Position numbers and translations under genes: made by a program. The notes beneath the pieces are model-generated. The model searched no databases. It was given only the letters and a program-made list of their open reading frames with translations, and had not been told where the DNA came from. DNA of 64,000 nucleotides from Eledone cirrhosa (Eukaryota), in contig OZ024748.1 of assembly GCA_964016885.1 (NCBI GenBank), forward strand, positions 41,664,001 through 41,728,000, read 5' to 3'. Below, one piece after another: positions 37,980-50,200 of the stretch. Every line of letters starts with the position of its first letter. The stretch's first letter is position 1.

Positions 37980-39685
37980 AAATATATAAAATATACTTGT
38001 TCTAAACTAAACCAAATATATATTATACATTATAAAATATATATTATATATTATAAAATATATATTATACATTATTATTATACATAACAAAATATATATA
38101 CATTGCAATATATATATTATATATTACAAAATATTATATTACAGGGTGTGGACGATATTTGTTCGCAATATTCACCTGGTAATTTTATGCAAATTTTTTT
38201 AACTTTTGTTGTCACTCTTGTCTTCAATAAAACAGTGACTATATTTCCATTATTTATTTTCAGAATAATTGATTATGAATAATTTTTAACCTCCAAATTT
38301 GTGGAAGAAACAGGGAATTCTTCTTGGAATCCGCGCCGGGAGGACAAATAAGGACCAGAAGATCAACTCCCAGAACAACAGGTGGCTCGCTGCCTCATCC
38401 AAAGACGTGCCCAGAGTCATGCAGACAAAGTTTCCAGCGACAACATTGGTCTTAGGTGTCGTCAGCAGTCAAGGTGATGTCATGCCACCTCACTTCTCCC
38501 TGAGGGCCTCAAGCTGAACACCGATGGCTACATCCGCGTTCTGAGTGAGGTAGTACAGCCCTGGATCGACCAGGTAGCTGCAGGTAGGCCGTATGTGTGG
38601 CAGCAAGACTCAGCGCCCTGCCATACCAGCTGAAAGACCCAAGCCTGGCTGTCAGAGAACTTCGTCGACCACACTTCACCTGACATCTGGCCTCTCAGCT
38701 CGCCTGACTGCAACCCCCTCGACTTCTTTGTGTGGGGCGCAGTGGAACGAGACACCAACAGATCTAGCTGCAATACGAAAGACGATCTGAAGGCCAGGAT
38801 CACAAGTGCCTTTAGGGGCCTAAGTCGGGGGACAGTGACGAAGGCCTGTAGCCGGTTCCGAGGCCGCCGTGAGGCTGTCATCAAAGCCAATGGCGGGTTT
38901 ATCGAGTGAGATCGAAAGAACAAGTCATGAAGACAAACTGACCCAAGTTTGATAAATATATCTCAGAAAATAAAACTACTGTGTTTTTTTTTTCCTAGAC
39001 AGTAATCTTGCGAAAAAATATCGTCTGCACCCTGTATACATATCAAAATATATATTATATATTACAAATCAAAATATATATTATACATTAGAAAATATAT
39101 ATATATATACATTACATATATCAAAATATATATTATATATTACTATATACATTACAATATATATATTATATATTACAAAATATTATATTATACATATCAA
39201 AATATATATTATATATTACAATATACATTACAATATATATATTATATATTACAAAATATTATATTAAAACATATCAAAATATATATTATATATTACAATA
39301 TACATTACAATATATATATTATATATTACAATATACATTACAATATATATATTATATATTACAAAATATTATATTATACATATCAAAATATATATTATAT
39401 ATTACAATATACATTACAATATATATATATACATTATAATATATATATTATATATTACAAAATATTATATTATACATATCAAAATATATATTATATATTA
39501 CAATATACATTACAATATATATACATTACAATATATATATTATATATTACAATATACATTACAATATATATATTATATATTACAATATACATTACAATAT
39601 ATATATTATATATTACAAAATACATTACAATATATATATTATATATTACAATATACATTACAATATATATATTATATATTACAAA
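37980..39685. repeat. AT-rich ~30-bp minisatellite (ATATATTATATATTACAATATACATTACA), interrupted by the maT element
   Basis: Visible on both sides of 38142-39034. Confidence 0.88.
38142..39034 (+). mobile_element. Internally deleted DD37D (maT) Tc1/mariner element
   Basis: TA|CAGGGTGTGGACGATATTTGTTCGCAA ... TTGCGAAAAAATATCGTCTGCACCCTG|TA TIRs; WQQD-x37-D (SPDCNPLD) counted by hand; internal TGA and a frameshift; HTH and first catalytic D deleted. Confidence 0.9.
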
Positions 39686-39985
39686 TAAAAGTTTATCTGA
39701 ACAATATTCCCCCTACACGGATATTGTTAATGTGTTCTCATTCAGCCAACAACAACAAGAAACATTTAAAGGATATTTCCCAGATAAAATAGGAATTAAC
39801 ATTGTGGGGATATCATTTTGGGGTCATTGCTTTACAACCAAACCCTGTCCCTGGTGCCAAGCCTTTCAGCTGACCCTTAAGACCGACACACCCCAATACC
39901 TATTCTAAACCAGATACACATGATACTATACACAAAAACAACTATGACAACAACAACAAGAACAACAAACACCTCAAATACATAC

Positions 39986-40144
39986 CCCACTTGCTTTTGA
40001 TTGGCAAGGGGTAGTTTTCTCTAGCCATTTGTAGAAGGTTTAACAGTAGTAGTGTACGTGGGAAGGCATCTAGTGTGTTTGGACTTACAGATGAAACCTT
40101 GTTCAGTATAGCCTTTTGAAACATATTTTTTTGGTGTTTTTTTG
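39986..40144 (-). CDS. REXO5: REXO5-like exon: KKHQKNMFQKAILNKVSSVSPNTLDAFPRTLLLLNLLQMARENYPLPIKSKW
   Basis: Acceptor ttttttctaattacag|CA and donor TGGG|gtatgt; 159 nt, phase 1 to 1; FPRTxLLL...QM..E.YPxP precedes the nuclease domain in invertebrate REXO5 as I recall it. Confidence 0.9.
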
Positions 40145-40207
40145 CTGTAATTAGAAAAAAAGAATTTCATTCAAAATATAATATAGAATATATAATATAA
40201 TTAAATC

Positions 40208-40236
<29 letters not shown>

Positions 40237-40238
<2 letters not shown>

Positions 40239-40440
40239 GTAGGATAAAGACCCCCTTTGGTCACGAATGACCATGGGATTTGCACCTAGAAAGTTCACCT
40301 GCAAGGCACAAGTTCAGGCAAGGTTGTTTGTGGAAGACCAGCAGTCACCCATACATACCAGTCACCCCTCTCAACGCCACCGATGTTGAGAAAGTGAAAG
40401 GTGATGACTGATACAGCTTGGCACCTGTGACGTCACAACA
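40237..40440 (-). mobile_element. SINE 3' portion, same family as 40815-41010
   Basis: Shares GATACAGCTTG.CACC.GTGACGTC with 40842-40866; sits next to (TA)n. Confidence 0.6.
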
Positions 40441-40457
40441 TTTATACATATATATTA

Positions 40458-40800
40458 TGGCACATGGCTTAGTGGTGAGAGCATTGGCCTTGCAATCGAA
40501 AGGTTGTGAGTTCAATTCTCAGACCGGATTATGTGTTGTTTCCTTGAGCAAGACACTTTATTTCACATAGCTCCAGTTTACTCAGCTGTAGAAATGAGAT
40601 GATAGGGACTGGGGTCCCTATCATTCCACTGTAAAGTGGTCGTGGAGGTGCCACGGCAAAAAAGCACCCAGCACTCACTGTAAATGAGGTTGGTGTTAGG
40701 AAGGGCATCCAGCTGTAGAAATCAAGCCAGAATCAGTTCCCGTCCCACCCTTGCAAGCAGGGAAAAGCGGACATAAAATGAAATGAAAATGAATGAAATG
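40458..40800 (+). mobile_element. tRNA-derived SINE with an RTE-derived 3' tail
   Basis: A box TGGCTTAGTGG, B box GAGTTCAATTC and core CCTTGAGCAAGACACTT; 40628-40740 matches the RTE 3' UTR at ~25705-25850 (reverse complement); end matches 35591-35630; (AAATG)n tail. Confidence 0.85.
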
Positions 40801-40814
40801 AATATACACTATAT

Positions 40815-41010
40815 ATGTTGTCCAAGGGAAAGGCAAAGGCTGATACAGCTTGACACCGGTGACGTCGCAACTGATTTCTACAGCAGAGTGAACTGGAGCA
40901 ACGTGAAATAAAGTGTCTTGCTCAAGGACACAACGCATCACCAGGTCCGAGAATCGAACTCACAACCTCCCGATTGCAAGCCCAATGTTCCAACCAATAA
41001 GCTCTGCCCG
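40815..41010 (-). mobile_element. tRNA-derived SINE head and core, inverted relative to 40458-40600
   Basis: Reverse complement shows GCTTATTGG, GAGTTCGATTCTC and GTGTCCTTGAGCAAGACACTTTATTTCAC. Confidence 0.85.
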
Positions 41011-41083
41011 TCTAACCCAGGACAATAGTAATGAAAGATTTAAAGTGGTAAAAATAAAGGTGAGAAGTATAAGTGTCACGTAC

Positions 41084-41180
41084 AGCCATACTTGAAGAAG
41101 TGAATGCTGTTGATTTGGACCTTGAAAAATTCACTTTCTGTACTAACTCCAAATTGGGCAGAACTTATTACTTCTGTAGC
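41084..41180 (-). CDS. REXO5: REXO5-like exon, most upstream in window: ATEVISSAQFGVSTESEFFKVQINSIHFFKYG
   Basis: Acceptor tttctcaaatcttcttccag|GCT and donor GCT|gtacgt; 97 nt open frame, phase 0 to 1, compatible with the next exon; little recognisable homology. Confidence 0.75.
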
Positions 41181-41239
41181 CTGGAAGAAGATTTGAGAAA
41201 GGAGACATTTGAAACAATTTCAACAAAGTCATAAATACA

Positions 41240-44200
41240 TGAAAGAGAGACAGACTAGGACAATTATAAACAGGTGGGGGGAATGTCAGGTGAGCAGAGA
41301 CAGACAGAAAGACGTGAGAGAAACACTACGAAAATTATAGACATGTGAGGGGAATGTCAGGTGAGCAGAGACAGACAGACAGCCGTGAGTGAGGCACAAG
41401 GACAATTATAGACAGGTGGGAGGAATGTCAGGTGAGCAGAGACAGACAGTCATGAGTGAGGCACTAGGACAATTATAGACAGGTGGGGGGGAATTTCAGG
41501 TGAGCAGAGACAGACAGACATGAGAGAGACACTAGGACAATTATAGACAGGTGGGGGGAATGTCAGTTGAGCAGAGACAGAAGTGAGAGACAGACTAGGA
41601 AAATTATGGAGAAGTGGGGAGAATGTCAGGTGAGCAGAGACAGACGTGAGAGAGACACTAGGACAATTATAGACAGGTGGGAGGAATGTCAGGTGAGCAG
41701 AGACAGACAGACGAGAGAGAGAGACATTAGGACAATTATAGACAGGGAGAGGGCATGTCAGGTGAACAGAGACAGACGTGAGAGAGACACTAGGACAATT
41801 ATAGACAGGTAGAGGGAATATCAGGTGAGCAGAGACAGACAGACGTGAGAGACAGACGAGGACAATTATAGACAGGTGGGGGGAATGTCATATGAGTAGA
41901 GACAGACAGACGTCAGTGAGGCACTAGGACAATTATAGACAGGTGGGGGGAATGTCAGGTGAGCAGAGACAGACAGACAGACGTGAGAGAAACACTAGGA
42001 CAATTATAGACAGGTGAGGGTAATGTCAGGTGAGCAGAGACAGACAGACAGACGTGAGAGAAACACTAGGACAATTATAGACAGGTGGGGGGAATGTCAG
42101 GTGAGCAGAGACAGACAGACAGATGTAAAAGAAACACTAGGAAAATTATAGACATGTGAGGGGAATGTCAGGTGAGCAGAGACAGACAGACAGACATGAG
42201 AGAGACACTAGGACAATTATAGACAGGTGAAGGAGAATCTCAGGTGAGCAGAGACAGACAGACAGACGTCAGAGAGACAAAAGGACAATTATACACAGGT
42301 TGGGTTAATGTTAGGTGAGCAGAGACAGACAGACAGATGTGAGAGAGACACTAGGACAATTATAGACAGGTGGGGGGGAATCTCAGGTGAGCAGAGACAG
42401 GCAGACGAGAGAGAGACACTAGGTCAATTATAGACAGGTGAGGGGGAATCTCAGGTGAGCAGAGACAGACAGAGAGACGTGAGAGAATCACTAGGACAAT
42501 AATAGACAGGTGGGGGAATGTCAGGTGAGCAGAGAAAGACAGACGTGAGAGACGGACTAGGACAATTATAGACAGGTGGGGAGAATCTCAGGTGAGAAGA
42601 GACAGACAGACAGACGTGAGAGACAGACTAGGACAATTATAGACAGGTGGAGGGAATGCCAGTTGAGCAGAGACAGACTAGGACAATTATAGACAAGTGG
42701 GGGGAATGTGAGGTGAGCAGAGACAGACGTGAGAGAGACACTAGGATAATTATAGACAGGTGAGAGGCATTATCAGGTGAGCAGAGACAGACAGACAGAC
42801 GTGACAGACAGAGTAGGAAAATTATAGACAGGTGGGAGGAATGTCAGGTGAGCAGAGACAGACAGACAGACATGAGAGAGGCACTAGGACAATTAGTGGG
42901 GGTAATGTCAGGTGAGCAGAGACAGACAGACAGACGTGAGAGAGACACTAGGACAATTATAGACAGGTAGAGGGAATGTCAGGTGAACAGAGACAGACAG
43001 ACGAGAGAGAGACACTAGGACAATTATAGACAGGTGAGGGGAATGTCAGGTGAGCAGAGACAGACAGAACAACGTGAGAGAGACACTCGTACAATTATAG
43101 ACAGGTGGGCGGAATATCAGGTGAGCAGAGACAGACATGAGAGAGACACTAGGATAATTATAGACAGGTGAGGGGCAATCTCAGGTGAGCAGAGACAGAC
43201 AGACAGATGTGAGAGACAGACTAGGACAATTATAGACAGGTGGCGGGAATGTCAGGTGATCAGAGAGAGACAGACATGAGAGAGACACTAGGACAATTAT
43301 AAACAGGTGAAGGAGAATCTCAGGTGAGCAGAGACAGACAGACAGACGTGAGAGCGACACAAGGACAATTATAGACAGGTGGGAGGAATTTCAGGTGAAC
43401 AGAGACAGACAGACGAGAGAGAGTGATACTAGGACAATTATAGACAGGTAGAGGGAATGTCAGGTGAACAGAGACAGATAGACAGACGTGAGAGACAGAC
43501 TAGGACAATTATAGACAGGTGGGGGAATGTCAGGTGAGCAGAGACAGACAGACATGAGAGAGACACTAGGACAATTATAGACAGGTGAAGGAGAATCTCA
43601 GGTGAGCAGAGACAGACAGACAGACATCAGAGAGACAAAAGGACAATTATAGACAGGTGGGGTTAATGTCAGGTGAGCAGAGACAGACAGACAGATGTGA
43701 GAGAGACACTAGGACAATTATAGACAGGTGGAGGGGAATCTCAGGTGAGCAAAGACAGACAGACATGAGAGACAGACTAGGACAATTATAGACAGGTGGG
43801 GAGAATCTCAGGTGAGGAGAGACAGACAGACGTGAGAGACAGAATAGGACAATTATAGACAGGTGGGGTGAATGTCAGGTGAGCAGAGACAGACAGACGT
43901 GAGAGAAAAACTAGGACAATTATAGACAGGTGAGGGGGAATCTCAGGTGAGCAAAAACAGACAGACAGACGTGAGAGCGACACTAGGACAATTATAGACG
44001 GGTGGGAGGAATGTCAGGTGAACAGAGACAGACAGACGAGAGAGAGAGACACTAGGACAATTATAGAGAGGTAGAGGGAATATCAGGTGAGCAAAGACAT
44101 ACAGACATGAGAGACAGGTCGGGGGAATGTCAGACGAGCAGAGACAGACAGACAGACGCGAGAGAAACACTAGGACAATTATAGACAGGTGACGGTAATG

Positions 44201-47200
44201 TCAGGTGAACAGAGACAGGCAGACAGACGTGAGAGAAGCACTAGGACAATTATAGACAAGTGAGGGTAATGTCAGGTGAGTCGAGACAGACAGACGTGAG
44301 AGAGACACTAGGATAATTATAGACAGGTGGGGAAAATGTCAGGTGAAGAGAGACAGACGTGAGAGAGACACTAGGATAATTCTAGACAGGTGAGGGGAAT
44401 GTCAGGTGAGCAGAGACATACAGACATGAGGGAGACACTAGGACAATTATAGACAGGTGAGGGGGAATCTCAGGTGAGCAGAGACAGACAGACATGAGAG
44501 AGACACTAGGACAATTATAGACAGGTGGGGGAATGTCAGGTGAGCAGAGACAGACAGACAGACGTGAGGGAGGCACTAGGACAATTATAGACAGGACAAT
44601 TATAGACTAGGACAATTATAGACAGGTGGGGGAATGTCAGGTGTGCGAAGACAGACGTGAGAGTGACACTAGGACAATTATAGACAGGTAGAGGGAATGC
44701 CAGGTGAACAGAGACAGACAGACGAGATAGAGACACTAGGACAATTATAGACAGGTGGGGGGAATGTCAAATGAGCAGAGACAGACATCAGACGTGAGAG
44801 AGACACTAGGATAATTATAGACAGGTGAGGGGCAATTTTAGGTGAGCAGAGACAGACAGACAGACAGACGTGAGAGAAACACTAGGAAAATTATAGACAT
44901 GTGAAGGGAATGTCAGGTGAGCAGAGATAGACAGACAGACGTGAGAGAGACATTAGTACAATTATAGACAGGTGGGAGGAATGTCAGGTGAGACAGACAG
45001 ACAGACAGACAGACAGACGTGAGAGAGACACTAGGACAATTATAGACAGTGTGGGGAATGTCAGGTGAGCAGAGACAGACAGACGTGAAAGAGACACTAG
45101 GACAATTATAGACAGTTGTGGGGAATGTCAGGTGAGCAGAAAGAGACAAACAGATGTGAGAGACACTAAGACAATTATAGACAGGTGGGGGGAATGTCAG
45201 GTGAGCAGAGACAGACAGACAGACGTGAGAGACAGACAGACAGACGAGAGAGAGACAGAGTAGGATAATTATAGACAGGTGAGGTGCAGTCTCAGGTGAG
45301 CAGTGACAGACAGACAGACAGACGTGAGAGACAGACTAGGACAATTAGAGACAGGTGGGGGGAATGTCAGGTGAGCAGAGACAGACAGAAGTGAGAGACA
45401 GACTAGGAAAATTATAGACAGGTGGGGGAAGGTCAGGTGAGCAGAGACAGACATGAGAGAGACACTAGGACAATTATAGATAGGTGGGGGGAATGTTAGG
45501 TTAGCAGAGACAGACAGACATGAGGGAGACACTAGGACAATTATAGACAGGTAGAGGGAATATCAGGTGAGCAGAGACAAACAGACGTGAGAGACAGACT
45601 AGGAAAATTATAGACAGGTGGGGGAAGGTCAGGTGAGCAGAGACAGACATGAGAGAGACACTAGGACAATTATAGATAGGTGGGGGGAATGTTAGGTTAG
45701 CAGAGACAGACAGACATGAGGGAGACACTAGGACAATTATAGACAGGTAGAGGGAATATCAGGTGAGCAGAGACAAACAGACGTGAGAGACAGACTAGGA
45801 CAATTATAGACAGGGGGAGGAATATGAGGTGAGCAGAGACAGTCAGACGTCAGAGAGACACTAGGACAATTAGACAGGTGGGGGGAATGTCAGGTGAGCA
45901 GAGACACACAGACAGACGTGAGAGAGAAACTAGGATAATTATAGACAGGTGGAGGCAATGTCAGGTGAGCAGAGACAGACAGACGTGAGAGAGACACTAG
46001 GACAATTAGACAGGTGAGGGAATGTCAGGTGGGCAGAAAGAGACAGATAGATGTGAGAGACACTAGGACAATTATAGACAGGTCGGGGGAATGTCAGGTG
46101 AGCAGAAAGAGACAGACAGACGTGAGAGAGACACTAGGATAATTATAGACAGGTGGGGGGAATGTCAGGTGAGCAGAGACAGACAGACGTGAGAGACAGA
46201 CGAGGAGAATTATAGACAGGTAGAGGGAATGTCAGGTGAGACAGACAGACAGACGTGAGTGAGGCACTAGGAGAATTATAGACAGGTGGGGGAATGTCAG
46301 GTGAGCAGAGACAGACAGACAGATATGAGAGTGACACTAGGAAAATTATAGACAGGTGGGGGAATGTCAGGTGAGTAGAGACAGACATGAGAGAGACACT
46401 AGGATAATTATAGACAGGTGGGGGAAATGTCAGGTGAGCAGAGACAGACAGACAGATATGAGAGAGACACTAGGAAAATTATAGACAGGTGGGGGAATGT
46501 CAGGTGAGCAGAGACAGACAGACATGAGAGAGACAGTAGGACAATTATAGACAGGTAAGGGGGAATCTCAGGTGAGCAGACACAGACAGACAGACGTGAG
46601 AGAGACACGAGGATAATTATAGACAGGTGGGAGGAATGTCAGGTGAACAGAGACAGACGTGAGAGAGACACTAGGATAATTATAGACAGGTGAGGGGCTA
46701 TCTCAGGTGAGCAGAGACAGACGTGAGAGACAGACTAGGACAATTATAGACAGGTGGGGGGAATGTCAGGTGAACAGAGACAGATAGACAGACGTCAGAG
46801 ACAGACTAGGACAATTATAGACAGGTAGAAGGAATGTCAGGTAAGCCGAGACAGACAGACAGACGTGAGAGAAACACTAGGACAATTATAGACAGGTGAG
46901 GGTAATGTCAGGTGAGCAGAGACAGACAGACAGACGTGAGAGAAACACTAGGAAAATTATAGACATGTGAGGGGAATGTTAGGTGAGCAGAGACAGACAG
47001 ACAGACGTGAGAGACAGACAAGGACAATTATAGACAGGTGGGGGGAATGTCAGGTGAGTGGAGACAGACAGACAGAAGTGAGAGACAGACTATGAAAATT
47101 ATAGACAGGTGGGGGAATGTCAGGTGAGCAGAGACAGATAGACAGACGTCAGAGACAGACTAGGACAATTATAGACAGGTAGAGGGAATGTCAGGTGAGC

Positions 47201-50200
47201 AGAGACAGACAGACGTGAGTGAGGCACTAGGAGAATTATAGACAGGTGGGGGGAATGTCAGGTGAGCAGAAACAGACAGACAGACGTAAGAGAAACACTA
47301 GGACAATTATAGACAGGTGAGGGTAATGTCAGGTGAGGAGAGACAGACAGACAGACATGAGAGAAACACTAGGACAATTATAGACAGGTGAGAGTAATGT
47401 CAGGTGAGCAGAGACACTAGTTCAATTATAGACAAGCGGGGGGAATGTCAGGTGAACAGAGACAGACGTGAGAGAGACACTAGGATAATTATAGACAGGT
47501 GAGGAACAATCTCAGGTGAGCAGAGACAGACAGACACACGTGAGAGACAGACTAGGACAATTATAGACAGGTGGGGGGAATGTCAGGTGAGCAGAGACAG
47601 ACAGACAGATATGAGAGTGACACTAGGAAAATTATAGACAGGTGGGGGAATGTCAGGTGAGTAGAGACAGACATGAGAGAGACACTAGGATAATTATAGA
47701 CAGGTGAGGGGCAATCTCAGGTGAGCAGAGACACACTTGAGAGACAGACTAGGACAATTATAGACAGGTGGGGGGAATGTCAGGTGAACAGAGACAGATA
47801 GACAGACGTCAGAGACAGACTAGGACAATTATAGACAGGTAGAGGGAATGTCAGGTAAGCCGAGACAGACAGACAGACGTGAGAGAAACACTAGGACAAT
47901 TATAGACAGGTGAGGGTAATGTCAGGTGAGCAGAGACAGACAGACAGACGTGAGAGAAACACTAGGAAAATTATAGACATGTGAGGGGAATGTTAGGTGA
48001 GCAGAGACAGACAGACAGAAGTGAGAGACAGACTATGAAAATTATAGACAGGTGGGGGAATGTCAGGTGAGCAGAGACAGATAGACAGACGTCAGAGACA
48101 GACTTGGACAATTATAGACAGGTAGAGGGAATGTCAGGTGAGCAGAGACAGACATGAAAGAGACACTAGGACAATTATAGAGAGGTGGGGGGAATGTCAG
48201 GTGAGCAGAGACAGACAGATGTGAGAGAGACACTAGCACAATTATAGACAGGTGGGAGGAATGTATTATGAGCAGAGACAGACAGACGAGAGAGAGACAC
48301 CAGGTCAATTATAGACAGGTGAGCACAGACAGACAGACATGAGAGAGACAATAGGAGAATTACAGACAAGTGGGGGTATGTCAGGTGAGCAGAGACAGAC
48401 AGCCAGATGTGAGAGAGACACTACGACAATTATAGACGGGTGAGGGGAATCTCAGGTGAGCAGAGACAGACAGAGAGAGGTGAGAGAGTCACTAGGACAA
48501 TAATAGACAGGTGGAGGGAATGTCAGGTGAGCAGAGACAGACAGACGTGAGAGACAGACGAGGACAATTATAGACAGGTGTGGGGAATGTCAGGTAAGCA
48601 GAGACAGACAGACAGACGTGATTGAGACACTAGTACAATTATAGACAGGTGAGGGTAATGTCAGGTGAGCAGAGACAGACAGACATGAGAGAGACACTAG
48701 GACAATTATAGACAGGTGAGGAGGAATCTCAGGTGAACAGACACAGACAGACAGACGTGAGGGAGGCACTATGACAATTATAGACAGGTAGAGGGAATAT
48801 CAGGTGAGCAGAGACAGACAGACAGACGTAAGAGAAACACTAGTACAATTATAGACAGGTGGGAGGAATCTCAGGTGAGCAGAGACAGACAGAGGTGAGT
48901 GAGACACTAGTACAATTATAGACAGGTGGGGGGGAATGTCAGGTGAGCAGAGACAGACAGAGGAGGACAATTATAGACAGGTGGGGGGAATCTCAGGTGA
49001 GCAGAGACAGACAGACGTGAGGGAGGCACTAGGACAATTATAGACAGGTGAGGGGAATGTCAGGTGAGCAGAGACAGACGTAAGAGAAACACTAGGACAA
49101 ATATAGATAGGTGAGCAGAGACAGACAGACAGATGTGAGAGACAGACGAGGACAATTCTAGACAGGTGGGGGGGAATGTCAGGTGAGCAGAGACAGACGT
49201 AAGAGAAACACTAGGACAAATATAGATAGGTGAGGGTAATGTCAGGTGAGCAGAGACAGACAGACAGATGTGAGAGAAACACTGGGACAATTATAGACAG
49301 GTGAGGGATTGGCAGGTGAGCAGAGACAGAGAGACAGACGGGAGAGCGACACATTGGTCAATTGTGGACAGGTGGGGGAATGTCAGGTGAGCAGAGACAG
49401 AGAGACAGACGGGAGAGCGACACATTGGTCAATTATGGACAGGTGGGGGAATGTCAGGTGAGCAGAGACAGACAGACAGAAGTGAGACAGACTAGGAAAA
49501 TTATAGACAGGTGGGGGGAATGTCAGGTGAGCAGAGACAGATAGAAAGATGTGAGAGACAGACTACGACAATTATAGACAGGTAGAGGGAATGTCAGGTG
49601 AGCAGAGACTGAGAGACATGAGAGAGACACTAGGATAATTATAGAGTGGTGAGGGGGAATCTCAGGTGAGCAGAGATAGACAGACATGAGAGACAGACTA
49701 GGACAAATATAGACAGGTGAGGGGAATATCAGGTGAGCAGAGACAGACAGACAGACGTGAGAGATAGACTAGGACAATTATAGACAGGTAGAGGGAATGT
49801 CAGGTGAGCAGAGAGAGACATGAGAGTGACATTAGGACAATTATAGACAGGTGGGGGGAATCTCAGGTGAGCAGACACAGACAGACGTGAGGGAGGCACT
49901 AGGACAATTATAGACAGGTAGAGGGAATATCAGGTGAGCAGAGACAGACAGACGTGAGTGAGAGACGAGGTCAATTATAGACAGGTGGGGGTAATGTCAG
50001 GTGAGCAGAGACATGAGAGTGATACTAGGACAATTATAGACAGGTGGGGGGAATGTCAGGCGAGCAGAGACAGACAGACATGAGAGACAGACGAGGACAA
50101 TTATAGACAGGTGGGGGGAATGTCAGGTAAGCAGAGCCAGAGAGACAGACGAGGACAACTATAGATAGGTGGAGGGAATGTTAGGTAAGCAGAGACAGAC

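Noticed and set aside
40458-40530. tRNA gene
   Set aside because: A and B boxes are present, but the sequence continues into a SINE core and LINE-derived tail and no convincing cloverleaf is visible
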